A DNA stretch of 64,000 nucleotides from Gammaproteobacteria bacterium (GTDB taxonomy: Bacteria; Pseudomonadota; Gammaproteobacteria; CBDBNL01; JAAOII01): contig OZ244039.1 in NCBI GenBank assembly GCA_965215225.1, positions 1,725,353 to 1,789,352 of the forward strand, read 5' to 3'. A model generated the notes under the pieces. The model did no database searches, was not told the DNA's origin, and was given only the letters and a program-made list of their open reading frames with translations. A program made the translations under genes and the position numbers. Of this stretch, positions 9,451 to 20,174 are shown piece by piece. Position 1 is the stretch's first letter. Each line of letters starts with the position of its first letter.

Positions 9451-12080
9451 TAGCTCGTCTTCTGTGCTTTTATGGGTTTCTTCTCGGCTACGGGCGACTT
9501 AATAATATAGCGCTTACCATCATAATCCACCAGAAAACTACTGCTGGATTTAAGCTGACCTCCAAGCAACTTTTCTGCCAGCATGTTCTCAACCGACCTC
9601 TGAATAGCACGCTTAAGGGGACGAGCGCCGAAGGCGGGGTCAAAGCCCATGTCCACCAACCCTTCCATCGCCTTATTAGTTAGCTCTAATTGAATTCCAT
9701 ACTCTTGCTCTAACCTATCCTCAAGAAGCTTGAGCTGTAAAGACGCTATATCCTTAACATCCTCTTTAGTGAGGCTGCGAAAGACCACAATTTCATCAAT
9801 GCGATTGATAAATTCAGGACGAAAATAGGAATGAACATGCTGCATCACCATCTCATGAAGAACTGAATAGGACTCGTCCTTGAATTTGTTGATATCCTCC
9901 GACCCAAGATTAGAAGTCATCACTATGACGCAATTACGAAAATCCACCGTCCGCCCCTGACCATCAGTGAGGCGACCATCATCCAAAACCTGTAAGAGCA
10001 CATTAAAGACATCCTTATGTGCCTTTTCCACCTCATCCAACAGGATAAGCGAATAGGGTCGCCGTCTCACCGCTTCGGTTAGCTCGCCCCCTTGCTCATA
10101 ACCGACATAACCAGGCGGGGCACCAATAAATCGAGCGACTGAATGCTTCTCCATATACTCGGACATATCTATTCTCACCATTGCATCACGGCTATCAAAC
10201 AGAAAATCCGCCAATGAGCGACAGAGCTCGGTCTTGCCAACGCCGGTAGGACCAAGAAAAAGGAAAGAGCCGTTGGGGCGGTTGGGGTCACTCAACCCCG
10301 CCCTTGACCTACGGACAGTATTTGATACTGCTTTTATCGCCTCCTTCTGTCCTATGACAGAAGCTGCCAGTTGCTTTTCCATATCCAGTAGCTTACTTCG
10401 CTCACCCGCCAACATTCGTGTTACCGGAATACCAGTCCAAGAAGAAACCACCTCAGCAATCTCATTCTCACTCACCCGACTGCGCACTTCTACTGCCTTG
10501 TCCTTCCTATCCGACTCTATCTTCTGTAAAGATTGATTCAACCGCTTTTCAAGTTCGGGAATGATTCCATATTCCAATTTTGCCACTTTGGTAAGATCTC
10601 CATCGCGATTAGCCGCCTCCTGTTCAATTCTTGTCCTATCCAACTCTGCTTTTATCTCCTGGCTGGTCTGTAATGCCGCCTTCTCTTGTTTGAACTTCTC
10701 ATTCAAGCTGGCAAAGGCCTGTTCTTGCTCGGCTATCTCCTTTTCCAACTGGGACAGCCTCTCTTTAGATGAGGCGTCTTCTTCCTGCTTTAGTGCTTCC
10801 TTCTCTATCTTCATCCGAATGAGCTCTCTTTCTAATTTGTCCAGCTTTTCTGGCTTGGAATCCATTTCCATCCGAATGCGGCTAGCAGCCTCATCCACTA
10901 AATCAATGGCTTTGTCCGGCAGTCGCCTATCACTAATGTATCTATGGGACAAGCGAACCGCTGCCACCAGGGCTGGGTCGGTGATATCTACACCATGGTG
11001 AATCTCGTATTTCTCTTTAAGACCGCGCAGTATGGCAAGCGTATCTGCCTCATCTGGCTCACCAACAAAAACCTTTTGGAAGCGCCGTTCAAGTGCACCA
11101 TCCTTCTCTATGTATTGGCGATACTCATTCAGTGTGGTAGCGCCGACACAATGTAGCTCGCCACGCGCAAGAGCGGGCTTGAGCATATTACTGGCATCCA
11201 TAGCCCCATCTGCCTTGCCCGCCCCCACCAGAGTATGCATCTCATCAATAAAGAGAATGATCTCTCCTTTGAGTTTGCGCAACTCCTTAAGCAGTGCCTT
11301 AAGCCGCTCTTCAAATTCGCCGCGGTATTTGGTGCCCGCAATCAGCATCCCCATATCTAGGGAAAGCACCCGCTTGGACTGCATAGATTGCGGAACTTCA
11401 CGGTTAACTACCCGCTGAGCCAAACCCTCTACTATGGCAGTCTTGCCGACACCCGGCTCGCCTATCAAGACTGGGTTGTTCTTTTGTCGTCTTTGTAGAA
11501 CCTGAATAGTGCGGCGAATCTCATCATCCCTCCCTATGACTGGATCTATCTCCCCCTTTTCAGCGCGTGCAGTCAGGTCTAAAGTATAAAGTGATAGCGC
11601 ATTTTCACCGCTTTCATAAGCGCTGGAATCTACCTTCTGCTCCCCCCTTATATTCTGAATGTCTTCTAGCAGTTTTTCTTTGTCTAGGCCGAGACTACGA
11701 AAAATATCCGCTTCTTTGCCACCAATATCCATGACCCCAGGCAACACCCATTCACCAGAAACATACTTATCGCCATTTTCTTGGGCATATTTTTCTGTCT
11801 TAGTCAATAGCTTAATAAAGGCTCGGCTAGCAGACATTCCAGCCGTCTTGTCGTCCTTCACTTTCGGCAGAGAATCCAATAGCTCCGTCAAGCGAGACTG
11901 AAGTTCCACAATAGAAATCCCCTGTTTGCTAATTAGACGATGAGGGAGACTTTCTTCATTCTCTACCAATGAACTAATAAGGTGCGCCGGCTCCAATTGG
12001 CTATGATCCTTCTCTATGACGAGGGATTGTGCCTGCTGAAGCGCCTCCTTTAGCTTATCGGTAAATTTTTCTACTTGCAT
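9450..12080 (-). CDS. clpB: ATP-dependent chaperone ClpB
   Basis: 876 aa. It has a Clp N-domain, two AAA+ modules (Walker [16 protein letters not shown] and [15 protein letters not shown]) and a long coiled-coil middle domain. Length and architecture are those of ClpB. Confidence 0.95.
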   Translation of the reverse strand: MQVEKFTDKLKEALQQAQSLVIEKDHSQLEPAHLISSLVENEESLPHRLISKQGISIVELQSRLTELLDSLPKVKDDKTAGMSASRAFIKLLTKTEKYAQENGDKYVSGEWVLPGVMDIGGKEADIFRSLGLDKEKLLEDIQNIRGEQKVDSSAYESGENALSLYTLDLTARAEKGEIDPVIGRDDEIRRTIQVLQRRQKNNPVLIGEPGVGKTAIVEGLAQRVVNREVPQSMQSKRVLSLDMGMLIAGTKYRGEFEERLKALLKELRKLKGEIILFIDEMHTLVGAGKADGAMDASNMLKPALARGELHCVGATTLNEYRQYIEKDGALERRFQKVFVGEPDEADTLAILRGLKEKYEIHHGVDITDPALVAAVRLSHRYISDRRLPDKAIDLVDEAASRIRMEMDSKPEKLDKLERELIRMKIEKEALKQEEDASSKERLSQLEKEIAEQEQAFASLNEKFKQEKAALQTSQEIKAELDRTRIEQEAANRDGDLTKVAKLEYGIIPELEKRLNQSLQKIESDRKDKAVEVRSRVSENEIAEVVSSWTGIPVTRMLAGERSKLLDMEKQLAASVIGQKEAIKAVSNTVRRSRAGLSDPNRPNGSFLFLGPTGVGKTELCRSLADFLFDSRDAMVRIDMSEYMEKHSVARFIGAPPGYVGYEQGGELTEAVRRRPYSLILLDEVEKAHKDVFNVLLQVLDDGRLTDGQGRTVDFRNCVIVMTSNLGSEDINKFKDESYSVLHEMVMQHVHSYFRPEFINRIDEIVVFRSLTKEDVKDIASLQLKLLEDRLEQEYGIQLELTNKAMEGLVDMGFDPAFGARPLKRAIQRSVENMLAEKLLGGQLKSSSSFLVDYDGKRYIIKSPVAEKKPIKAQKTS

Positions 12081-12729
12081 AATTCGTTCCTATAAGACTA
12101 TATGGTAATAGATAGCCTAAATACAAGTAATTTCTTGTTGCCTGTGCCTGTGCTTGCTGTGCTTGGCGGATGGTCTAAATAGGAGTGGTTTCACATAGAT
12201 GGGGTTGCGCTGGATAAGGATAGCGCAGACCCTTTTCCTCCATCACAGAAGCGGCCTCTCACAAAGGAAACTGCGTTGGATAATAAGCAATTAATCAACA
12301 ATGAACCGCCAACAAACCAATAATAAACAACAAATCAACAATTATTAGATAAAGATAACACATAAAACAATCATTCCATAACCCCCTAACAGACCATCTA
12401 TGAACAACTTATGAACAACAAATAAACAGAAAGGAAATCACCAAATTAGTTATTTTGGATAGGCTTTGTTTTCAGCTTGCTCATAATAAGCCTGCAACAG
12501 CAATGGAAGAAATTTTTGCTAAGATTTTGTATCACCTGTATCCCCCACAAGACGAGAGTGCGACTAGTTTTACTAGGTCAAATCAGTGCCCTTGTCCCTC
12601 CCCTTTTTGTTTAGACTTAGCGTCCTAGTATAGAGCTGGGATTATATAATCCCATCAAAGAGGTGATGCCATGATAGTGGGAATTTGCCATTAATAATAA
12701 GACCTTGTCCTCACAAGCGGGCCTAGCGG

Positions 12730-13233
12730 CTAGTCCTTGCCAGCCAGAATGCGCCGAATACGCGCCTTGACTGCCGGCGATTCTTCTCTCATGGCAATAG
12801 AGAATAGGTTTTGGGTTTCTTGTTGATATTGAGGATATTGACGGGAAAGTAACCAGAAGCCGTTATAGCTCCAAGCGCGAATAAATTTGTTGTCTTCATC
12901 TAGGCACTGGCGGAAGAAAGCCACTAGTTCCTCTTTGTATTCTTTAGGAATCTGAATAAAGGATAGGGATTGGAGTATGTGCAGTCTTGTTTCCCAATGG
13001 CTCAACTGGGCGAGGAGTTGAAAAAGCATAGTTGTCTCGGCTTGCCCTATTAGTCCTCCTTTGCTAAGATAGGTTTTTAATAGCCAACTGCTTCCTCTTT
13101 GACTTCTCTCTTCTGCCATAAGCCTAAGGATAGTCTTAACAAATCCAGGGTCCTGAGAGTAATTATCATAGATGGTTTGAATCATCTCAAACGATTTGCC
13201 ATCCCAAGCAAGAATGTCTTGTCTAATCGCCAT
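12730..13233 (-). CDS. hypothetical protein, possibly HEAT-repeat DNA alkylation-repair (AlkD-like)
   Basis: 167 aa with predicted helical-repeat character. The assignment is weak and unverified. Confidence 0.25.
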   Translation of the reverse strand: MAIRQDILAWDGKSFEMIQTIYDNYSQDPGFVKTILRLMAEERSQRGSSWLLKTYLSKGGLIGQAETTMLFQLLAQLSHWETRLHILQSLSFIQIPKEYKEELVAFFRQCLDEDNKFIRAWSYNGFWLLSRQYPQYQQETQNLFSIAMREESPAVKARIRRILAGKD

Positions 13234-14460
13234 CTAAATGAAGTTAGGAAAGGCTCCTCTGTAAGCACCTGTGAACATGTGTGAGCATGTGTGAGCATTA
13301 TAGTAAGTTAAGCGAGTCTAAGGACAGAAGTTAAAAAAAAGGATACCCCGAGTCTATTAGACCCAGGGTATCCAAGGTCCACCAAATAAGAAGATCTTAC
13401 ATCTTCATATCCTGATGATATTTAACAGCCCCCGCGTGGAAAGGAACGGCTGATTTCTCATCTGCCATGTCAGTTAATGCCGCTGGTAAAAACTCAACCA
13501 AGTCAGACTCGGCTGAGAAGATAGCTTCAGTCAATGCATAGGCCGTAGCCTCTGTAAGACTACTGGAGCCTACCAGCTTAACCGCAACCCCAAAAGTCCT
13601 AACCGAATGGTCTTGACCCTTATAGGAACCAGCTGGAATACTAACCCATCTGTAATCTGGATTGCCACCAACTAATCTCCTAACCGGATTGCCGTCTATC
13701 CGCACTAACCTAAGCGGGCATAGATCCATCGCAGCCCTAAGCGCAGAAGCAGGATGATGAACCAGATAGATACCCGCATCTATTTCATTGTCGCAAAGTG
13801 CCTGTGTTTGTTGTTGTTGTTCTAGTTCAGACACTGCGCCAAAAGAGGTTGGCATCCATCTATAACCTATCATTAGTTTTTCCATAATGGCACGCATCTC
13901 CGACCCTACCGGACCTAGGTTCATCCGCTTGCCTCTTAGATCATAAAAAGTATCTACATCCACATCAGCACGGGCCAAAACCGTGAAACTATAAGGATGG
14001 AAGGAAGCAAGAGTTCTTAGGTCGTGGAAAGCGCCATCATCAGCAAAGAGATGAGAACCTTCATAAGCATGAGAGTGCCAGTCAGAACGAATTAGAGCTA
14101 GGTCTAATCCACCTGTCTTAAGGCTTTTAACATTAGCGGCCGTCTCTGCCATGCTATTAATCTCACAACTAATGCTGTGTTCGACTGTTTTCTGGTTCAC
14201 TGCTTGGCAAATCAAATCAGCTAACTGATGATAGGCAGCTAGGGAATTGCCCGAACCAAGTCTAATGCTCTTTTGATCTGCAGCCATTAACGAAGTCACA
14301 CTAACAACTGCTATGACAATAACGATTATTATTTTTTTCATAATTGCTATTTATTATTTTTAATAAGAAAGTATTATACCACATGAAAACTTTATCAATT
14401 AGCAATATTAAAGAAAACTATACAAAAAAGAAAAAAACATGCATTTAGGCAAAAAATTTA
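13200..14460. repeat. segmental duplication (parental copy) of the TAXI gene plus flanks; duplicate at about 6075-7330
   Basis: Upstream and downstream flanks (catctaaatgaagttaggaaaggctcctctgtaagcac... and ...aattgctatttattatttttaataagaaagtattataccacatgaaaactttatcaattagcaatattaaagaaaa) are shared by both copies. Confidence 0.85.
13397..14341 (-). CDS. TRAP transporter solute-binding protein, TAXI family (copy 2)
   Basis: 314 aa and about 95% identical to 6262-7206. It lies directly adjacent to dctM. Confidence 0.55.
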   Translation of the reverse strand: MKKIIIVIVIAVVSVTSLMAADQKSIRLGSGNSLAAYHQLADLICQAVNQKTVEHSISCEINSMAETAANVKSLKTGGLDLALIRSDWHSHAYEGSHLFADDGAFHDLRTLASFHPYSFTVLARADVDVDTFYDLRGKRMNLGPVGSEMRAIMEKLMIGYRWMPTSFGAVSELEQQQQTQALCDNEIDAGIYLVHHPASALRAAMDLCPLRLVRIDGNPVRRLVGGNPDYRWVSIPAGSYKGQDHSVRTFGVAVKLVGSSSLTEATAYALTEAIFSAESDLVEFLPAALTDMADEKSAVPFHAGAVKYHQDMKM

Positions 14461-14502
14461 GGGAATTACATACTTGAGTGTATCAATTAATTAACAACAA
14501 AC

Positions 14503-15888
14503 CTAGCCATAGACTCGGTCGGGTAACTCGGTGGCAAGTTCAGGCCACAGCCACAGGATGACAAGCATCAAGAGTTGGAGGAGAATAAAGGGCGCAACGC
14601 CTTTGTATATCTGAATGGTTTTGACTGAAGTTGGCGCGACGCCGCGCAAATAAAAGAGAGAGAAACCGAAAGGTGGTGTGAGAAAAGAAGTCTGCAAATT
14701 AATGGCTATCATCACTCCTAGCCAGACTGGATCCAACCCTAGGGACAGAAGAGCGGGAGCAACCGTTGGAATAACTATAACAGTAATCTCAATAAAATCA
14801 AGGAAAAAGCCGAGCAGGAAGACCAACAGCATCACCAATAGAAAAGCAAATGACACTTCTCCCGGTAGGGAAAGGAGGAAGTCCTCTATTGCCCTATCCC
14901 CTTCATAACCACGAAATACCAACGAGAAGAAAGAGGCGCCAATAAAAATGAAGAATACTTGAACCGTGATAAGAGTAGTAGACCTCACCACCTGAGTCAT
15001 ATTAGCAATGGTTAGTCTGCCTTTATAGGCTGCAATTATCAGGGCGCCGATACAGCCGACTGAAGCCGCCTCGGTGGGAGTAGCATAGCCTGCCAAGATA
15101 GAACCCAAAACCAACAGGATAAGAGTAATAGGCGGAATAAGCACCAGTAGAACCTGAACAAAGAGGCTGCGGTCGCCCAGCATCTCGTCTCTTTGCTCTT
15201 TGGGAATGGCTGGAACAATCTGAGGGCGGAAAAAGCTGACAACCCCTAGATAGAGTAGATATAGAACTACTAGCCCTAGACCAGGTAACAGCGCGCCGAG
15301 AAAGAGGTCGCCTACTGAGACAGTGTCTGGCGAGAATTCGCCCCTCTCCAGCTGGGATTGTTGATAGGCAGAAGAGATGACATCGCCCAATAGGATAAGC
15401 ACTATAGAAGGTGGGATAATCTGACCGAGAGTGCCAGAAGCGCAAATAGTGCCAGTTGCAAGAGAGGAATCATAGTCCCGTTTTAGCATCACAGGTAATG
15501 ACAACAATCCCATGGTAACCACTGTTGCCCCAACTATGCCTGTGCTGGCTGCCATTAGCATCCCGACTACTACAACTGATATTCCTAAGCCGCCATTTAT
15601 GGGGCCGAATAACAATCCCATAGTATCTAGTAATTCTTCGGCGACCCGTGATCTCTGCAAGGTTACTCCCATTAGGACAAAAAGAGGAACTGCCATCAGC
15701 ACCTCATTGCCCATGATGGTATAAAGGCGATTAGGAATCGCTTCTAAAAAGTTTGGATCAAAATGCCCCAACAGAATACCGATAAAAGCGAAAACAAGCG
15801 ATACTCCTGCCAAGGTGAAGGCAACTGGATAGCCCAGTAGCAAGAAGCCGAATATAAACGCAAAAAGGAGAAAGGCAAAAAGTTCCAT
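14503..15888 (-). CDS. dctM: TRAP transporter large permease DctM
   Basis: 461 aa, polytopic membrane protein with about 12 TM segments. The N-terminus MELFAFLLFAFIFGFLLLGYPVAFTLAG is typical of DctM. Confidence 0.8.
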   Translation of the reverse strand: MELFAFLLFAFIFGFLLLGYPVAFTLAGVSLVFAFIGILLGHFDPNFLEAIPNRLYTIMGNEVLMAVPLFVLMGVTLQRSRVAEELLDTMGLLFGPINGGLGISVVVVGMLMAASTGIVGATVVTMGLLSLPVMLKRDYDSSLATGTICASGTLGQIIPPSIVLILLGDVISSAYQQSQLERGEFSPDTVSVGDLFLGALLPGLGLVVLYLLYLGVVSFFRPQIVPAIPKEQRDEMLGDRSLFVQVLLVLIPPITLILLVLGSILAGYATPTEAASVGCIGALIIAAYKGRLTIANMTQVVRSTTLITVQVFFIFIGASFFSLVFRGYEGDRAIEDFLLSLPGEVSFAFLLVMLLVFLLGFFLDFIEITVIVIPTVAPALLSLGLDPVWLGVMIAINLQTSFLTPPFGFSLFYLRGVAPTSVKTIQIYKGVAPFILLQLLMLVILWLWPELATELPDRVYG

Positions 15889-16472
15889 TAGAAGAGGCTC
15901 CCTTTCGCTTCTGCTGCTTTTGTTTCTTCTTGTGCTTTGTAATCAATCCAGCCGCATAGGAAACAACAATGTCGCCAGCCATCAGCAATGGCTTGAAGGA
16001 ACAAAATCGCTGGCATGATTAGCAGAACCGTCTTAAGCGCAAAAACCAAAGGCAATCCAGTTGATTCGCGTGACTTTTCTAAATACTGCCAAGAGCTGAT
16101 GACATACTCCCAAGCTATAAAAAAAGTAAAAATCGTGACTGGGAAAAGGAAAAAGAGGGTGCCTCCTAGATCCACCAAAGCCTGGCGGCGAGTCGACCAG
16201 CTCGAATAGAAGATATCTATGCGAACATGCTGACCCTGTTGCATACAATAGGCGGCAGCAAGCATAAACAATATTCCATGCATATAAAGGGCAGATTCTT
16301 GCAGCCAAATAGCGCCAGTACTAAAGCCATAGCGCAATATCACTACAACAAAAACTGTCAATGCCATTAGCAAGGCAAGCCAGGCAATGCTCAGCCCAAG
16401 AGTGCGATTAAACCTCTCAATCCCATAGCAACAAGCAAATAGGATGCGCCAAACTCGGCCCTTAGGCGCCAT
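15888..16472 (-). CDS. dctQ: TRAP transporter small permease DctQ (start trimmed to the internal Met)
   Basis: The ORF-track entry 15888-16640 has a non-hydrophobic extension of about 56 aa. The protein from MAPKGRVWRILFACCYGIERFNRTLGLSIAWLALLMALTVF has four TM segments, as in DctQ. Its stop overlaps the dctM start. Confidence 0.6.
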   Translation of the reverse strand: MAPKGRVWRILFACCYGIERFNRTLGLSIAWLALLMALTVFVVVILRYGFSTGAIWLQESALYMHGILFMLAAAYCMQQGQHVRIDIFYSSWSTRRQALVDLGGTLFFLFPVTIFTFFIAWEYVISSWQYLEKSRESTGLPLVFALKTVLLIMPAILFLQAIADGWRHCCFLCGWIDYKAQEETKAAEAKGSLF

Positions 16473-16579
16473 CTCCGTAAAGCTAACCTGCTGCCAGTTA
16501 TTTGTCACAGCACTATCATAAGTAGAAAATAAAAAAGAGAGATCCGAAGATCTCTCTTTTAAGAAATTAGCCTCAAAGA

Positions 16580-17707
16580 CTAGCGATCTAGAGCCGCTTT
16601 TCTTGCTTCCATATAGGGAAGTTCTGAAACACCATGCCACTCTATCGCATCATCGCGAAAAGCGCGGAAGGACTCATAGACTTCTCTAAACTGCGCATCC
16701 TCAGCCGCTAGGCTTTCTAGGGCTTGATTGCTGAGAACCGCCAGCTCATTCAAAACGCTCTGCGGGAAGCGGCGAAGTTGAACATTGTGCTCTGTTAATA
16801 ATATCCGCAAGGCGCGGTTATTATTAGCGGTAAACTCTGCCAGCATATCTTGATTTGCTACTCTGGCTGCCGTTCTTACTATCTCCTGCAGATCAGTCGG
16901 CAATGCTTCAAAGGCATCCTTATTAACCATAGCTTCCAAAGTAGTCCCTGGTTCATGCCAACCTGGATAATAGTAATAGCGGGCTGCCTTGTAGAAACCA
17001 AATGCCAGGTCGTTATAAGGACCTACCCATTCGGTTGCATCTATGGCGCCAGATTCCAGGCTTGAGAAAATCTCGCCACCAGGCAAGGCAATTGGGGTGC
17101 CGCCAGCTATTTGTATTATTTCACCTCCTAGGCCGGGGATACGCATCTTCAGACCCCTAATGTCAGCTAGGCTGTTAATTTCCTTATTGAACCAACCGCC
17201 CATTTGGACACCTGTATTACCCGCAGCCATAGGAATAAGATTAAAAGGAGCATAAACCTTCTCCCACAGCTCAAGACCACCGCCATGATAGAGCCAAGCA
17301 TTCATCTCTTGAGCGGTCAAGCCAAAAGGCACGGCCGCAAAGAACTGGACTGCTTCACCTTTGCCACGCCAGTAGTAGGCAGCGCCATGACCCATCTCAG
17401 CCGTGCCACGCGACACTGCATCAAACACTTCAAAAGCGCCTACCAGCTCGCCAGCACCATAGACCTGCACCTTAATACGCCCATTGGACATCTTCTCTAT
17501 CTGCTCGGCCAAAAAGTTAGCGCCGGTTCCAAGCCCCGGAAAATCTTTTGGCCAGGTAGTAACCATCTTCCACTCATATTGTTGAGCAGGTGCGGCCTGC
17601 CCGGCAGGTCTATCGGTTCTTTCGCCGTAACTATCCTCTTGCCTCTGCTGAGTGCAGCCTACAACAAGAAAAACAGCGGCTAGTAATAATAATAGTTTGT
17701 TAACCAT
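16580..17707 (-). CDS. dctP: TRAP transporter substrate-binding protein DctP family
   Basis: 375 aa with a lipoprotein-like signal (LVVGCTQQ). Its size and position in a dctP-dctQ-dctM order fit an extracytoplasmic solute receptor. Confidence 0.65.
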   Translation of the reverse strand: MVNKLLLLLAAVFLVVGCTQQRQEDSYGERTDRPAGQAAPAQQYEWKMVTTWPKDFPGLGTGANFLAEQIEKMSNGRIKVQVYGAGELVGAFEVFDAVSRGTAEMGHGAAYYWRGKGEAVQFFAAVPFGLTAQEMNAWLYHGGGLELWEKVYAPFNLIPMAAGNTGVQMGGWFNKEINSLADIRGLKMRIPGLGGEIIQIAGGTPIALPGGEIFSSLESGAIDATEWVGPYNDLAFGFYKAARYYYYPGWHEPGTTLEAMVNKDAFEALPTDLQEIVRTAARVANQDMLAEFTANNNRALRILLTEHNVQLRRFPQSVLNELAVLSNQALESLAAEDAQFREVYESFRAFRDDAIEWHGVSELPYMEARKAALDR

Positions 17708-17869
17708 ATCAGTTTCCTCATTAATAATAAATAATAGATAATAGATATTCTTATCAAATCCATCTTTTAATTATATCTTTTCTATGGTTTTTAAGTGCTG
17801 GAAACTGGTGAATAACTTCAACCTAAATTGGACTGGTTTTTGGTGAAAGTGCGCCACCATTTTTACTGG

Positions 17870-18148
17870 CGTGAGGGAGGGATGGAGGATAAGGAATGAG
17901 GAACGAAAGATGAGAGATGGAGGGTGAGGGATGAAAGATAAGGAATGAGGAATGAGGAATGGAGGATGAAAGATGAAGGATAGAGGATGAGGAATGAGGG
18001 ATGAGGAATGAGGAATGAGGGATGAGGAATGAGGAATGAGGAATGGAGGATGAAAGATGAAGGATAGAGGATGAGGAATGAGGGACGAAAGATGAGAGAT
18101 GAAGGATGAAGGATGAGAGATGAGAGATGAGAGATGAGAGATGAGAGC
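17870..18148. repeat. 8-bp microsatellite array (GATGARRG, about 35 units), upstream of ATPase copy 1
   Basis: Visible repetition: gatgaggaatgaggaatgagggatgaggaatg...gatgagagatgagagatgagag. Confidence 0.9.
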
Positions 18149-18342
18149 CTTCCCTATCTCAAGTCCGCTGAAGTAATTTCTCTCATTGAGTAGTTTTGCT
18201 TATTTAGTATGTATAATAAATGGCATATATTTTGAATCCATAATGGCGCCTTAATAACGCTTCAATAGGCCTCCTGTTGTGAGATCTTGTGCCTAAGGTC
18301 TGGATTCAAGCTTAAAAATAAACCAATAGCCTCGACAAAATT
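18149..18342 (+). promoter_or_regulatory. conserved roughly 200-bp leader/promoter region of the ATPase cassette (copy 1); contains TTGAGT...TATAAT-like elements
   Basis: The same block (ctctcattgagtagttttgcttatt...tataat(g/a)aatgg...gaatccataatggcgccttaataacgcttcaatagg...ttcaagcttaaaaataaacc) precedes all three ATPase genes. Confidence 0.4.
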
Positions 18343-19458
18343 ATGTTAACACGTTTTGAAGTTTCAAATTATAAGCTTTTCAAAAAGCCCCTCATTTTGA
18401 AACCCCTCCCTCAGATCTTGCTAATCGGAGGGAAAAACAATAATGGGAAAACTAGTATTTTAGAAGCCCTATTCCTAGCTTTCGATCAGTTAGAGCCAGC
18501 TATGCTCTGGAGACATTTTCGATGGAGAGGATTAGCTAAGGTTGATGCAACGTCCTTATTTGAATCGATCTATCACAACTTTGAATTGAATCGGCCCATT
18601 AAGTTTAAGTATACCTTGAATAAAAAAAAGCAAGAGGTGATATATAGATTTCACCGTGCCACTTCCCAATCTTTTGTAGAAAATAAAATCACTGATAAAG
18701 AATTTAGTAGCTTCTCCAATGAAAGTCAAAATCTATACAACCGGATAGTGATTACCGGTCTATCAGAGAACAAAAAAGTTCTAGAAATCCTTCTAATCCA
18801 AACTCAAGATGGTACTTACTTAGATTTTGGAAAAGACATGGGAATTGGAGAAAACATGGAAAAAGCCATAGAATTGATAAAGCAATTTAATCAAAACACC
18901 CGTGTTGGTTTTATCAGTGGAGTCGAATTCATAGCTGCCAAGGAAAATGCCAAGAATTATGACCAGCTAGCAAAGGCAAGGAAAACTGAAAAAATTCTTG
19001 AAGCCCTTCAGATTCTGGAACCAAAGCTAAGCTCTCTAAGCACCATTCAAATGGGGAAAAATTCTGTGATACACGGAGATGTAGAGGGACTCAAATCTTT
19101 GATTCCGTTGCCTTTGATGGGGGAAGGTATAAATCGTCTTATGTCTATTCTTCTGTCTATTTCTAACTTAGAAAATGGAATCCTCTTAATAGATGAGTTG
19201 GAAAATGGATTCCACTGTTCTCTTTTACCAAAGGTCATGAAAGTGATCGCAGAACATGCCCAGTCTAACAAAACACAGGTCATAGCCACCACACACAGTA
19301 GGGAACTGCAGCAAGCAACTCTGGAAAGCTTGCCTCATGATTTGCAAAATAAATTTCGCTATATGCGAATTGACAGAGATGGAGAGGAGTTTAAAATAAG
19401 AAACTATGATTTCGAAATTTTAACAACCGCCATTGAAATCAATTTGGAAACTCGTTAA
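18343..19458 (+). CDS. stand-alone ABC/AAA_21-type ATPase (OLD-family/AbiLi/AriA-like), copy 1
   Basis: Walker A GGKNNNGKTSILEA, an ABC-signature-like LMGEGINRLMSIL, Walker B/D-loop LLIDELENGFH and H-loop IATTHSRE. Confidence 0.75.
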   Translation: MLTRFEVSNYKLFKKPLILKPLPQILLIGGKNNNGKTSILEALFLAFDQLEPAMLWRHFRWRGLAKVDATSLFESIYHNFELNRPIKFKYTLNKKKQEVIYRFHRATSQSFVENKITDKEFSSFSNESQNLYNRIVITGLSENKKVLEILLIQTQDGTYLDFGKDMGIGENMEKAIELIKQFNQNTRVGFISGVEFIAAKENAKNYDQLAKARKTEKILEALQILEPKLSSLSTIQMGKNSVIHGDVEGLKSLIPLPLMGEGINRLMSILLSISNLENGILLIDELENGFHCSLLPKVMKVIAEHAQSNKTQVIATTHSRELQQATLESLPHDLQNKFRYMRIDRDGEEFKIRNYDFEILTTAIEINLETR

Positions 19459-19487
19459 ATATAAGTATCCATATAAAAAATATAGCA

Positions 19488-20141
19488 ATGAGTGACTCAA
19501 CAGAACACGAAAAAACCGAAACGATTGATGAAAAAAAGATTCTCATTGTGGAGGGCAAGGACGAAGAAAATTTTCTAAAAGCTCTATTTAAAATCCTAAA
19601 ACTCGAAAACATTCAAATAAAGTCGACTAGAGGGAAGGACCAAATAAATAGAAAAATAAAAGGATTGGTTCTAACCGAAGGTTGGGATGATGTCGAATCC
19701 ATAGGTCTAATTAGAGATGCAGATAAAAGTGCTAACCGCGCATTTGCTAGTCTTACTGGCGTGCTAAAAAGGAGCCGCCTTCCAATTCCGAATTCACCTG
19801 GCACTTTTTCTAGACAGATGCCAAAAAAAGGCAAACCAAGAACTGGAATTTTTATCATTCCCGATGGAAAAAATCAAGGAGCACTTGAATCCTTGTGCTT
19901 ATCCACAGTGAAGGAGGATAATCCAAAAATTGTGGAATGCATTGATAGCTTTATGAAGTGCAATAAAGATCTGAAAAGCAGATATAAAAAACCCAGAAAC
20001 GAAGATAAAGCCAGATGCAAAGCCTTTCTATCCCTTATGGAAGAGGACACCTCTTCTTTAGGGGTGGCAGCTCAAAAGAATTACTGGGATTGGAAATCAA
20101 ATGGTCTCAAACCCTTAATAGAGTTTTTAAAAGAATTATAA
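19488..20141 (+). CDS. small TOPRIM-like partner protein (AbiLii/RloB/DUF4276- or DUF4435-like), copy 1
   Basis: The N-terminal ILIVEGKDEENFL carries the TOPRIM-type acidic residue and the downstream GLIRDADK is a DxD-like motif. It has a Cys/His cluster (CLSTV...CIDSFMKC...C) and is co-oriented 29 bp after the ATPase. Confidence 0.55.
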   Translation: MSDSTEHEKTETIDEKKILIVEGKDEENFLKALFKILKLENIQIKSTRGKDQINRKIKGLVLTEGWDDVESIGLIRDADKSANRAFASLTGVLKRSRLPIPNSPGTFSRQMPKKGKPRTGIFIIPDGKNQGALESLCLSTVKEDNPKIVECIDSFMKCNKDLKSRYKKPRNEDKARCKAFLSLMEEDTSSLGVAAQKNYWDWKSNGLKPLIEFLKEL

Positions 20142-20174
20142 AACTAGGCTGCCTCTAGCTGAAATCCGATAAGA

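Noticed and set aside
7963-9502. Three overlapping long plus-strand ORFs (452, 286 and 327 aa) encoding Leu/Phe/Pro/Ser-rich repeats
   Set aside because: They lie entirely within the 15-bp tandem array, and a repeat unit lacking stops in all three forward frames trivially gives open frames. The sequence is low-complexity, has no start context, and would place a gene tail-to-tail inside the clpB 3' end. I treated it as non-coding repeat.
9450-12080. Multiple antisense or same-strand shadow ORFs inside clpB (and similarly inside sucA, parE, sdhA, mpl and GLUG genes)
   Set aside because: They are nested within well-supported long genes, so they are typical frame shadows with no independent support.
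12081-12729. 650-bp A-rich non-coding region upstream of clpB, examined for IS elements or ncRNA
   Set aside because: It contains only one partial copy of the palindromic repeat element (12635-12690) and probably clpB promoter sequence. I could not support any structured RNA or ORF from the sequence alone.
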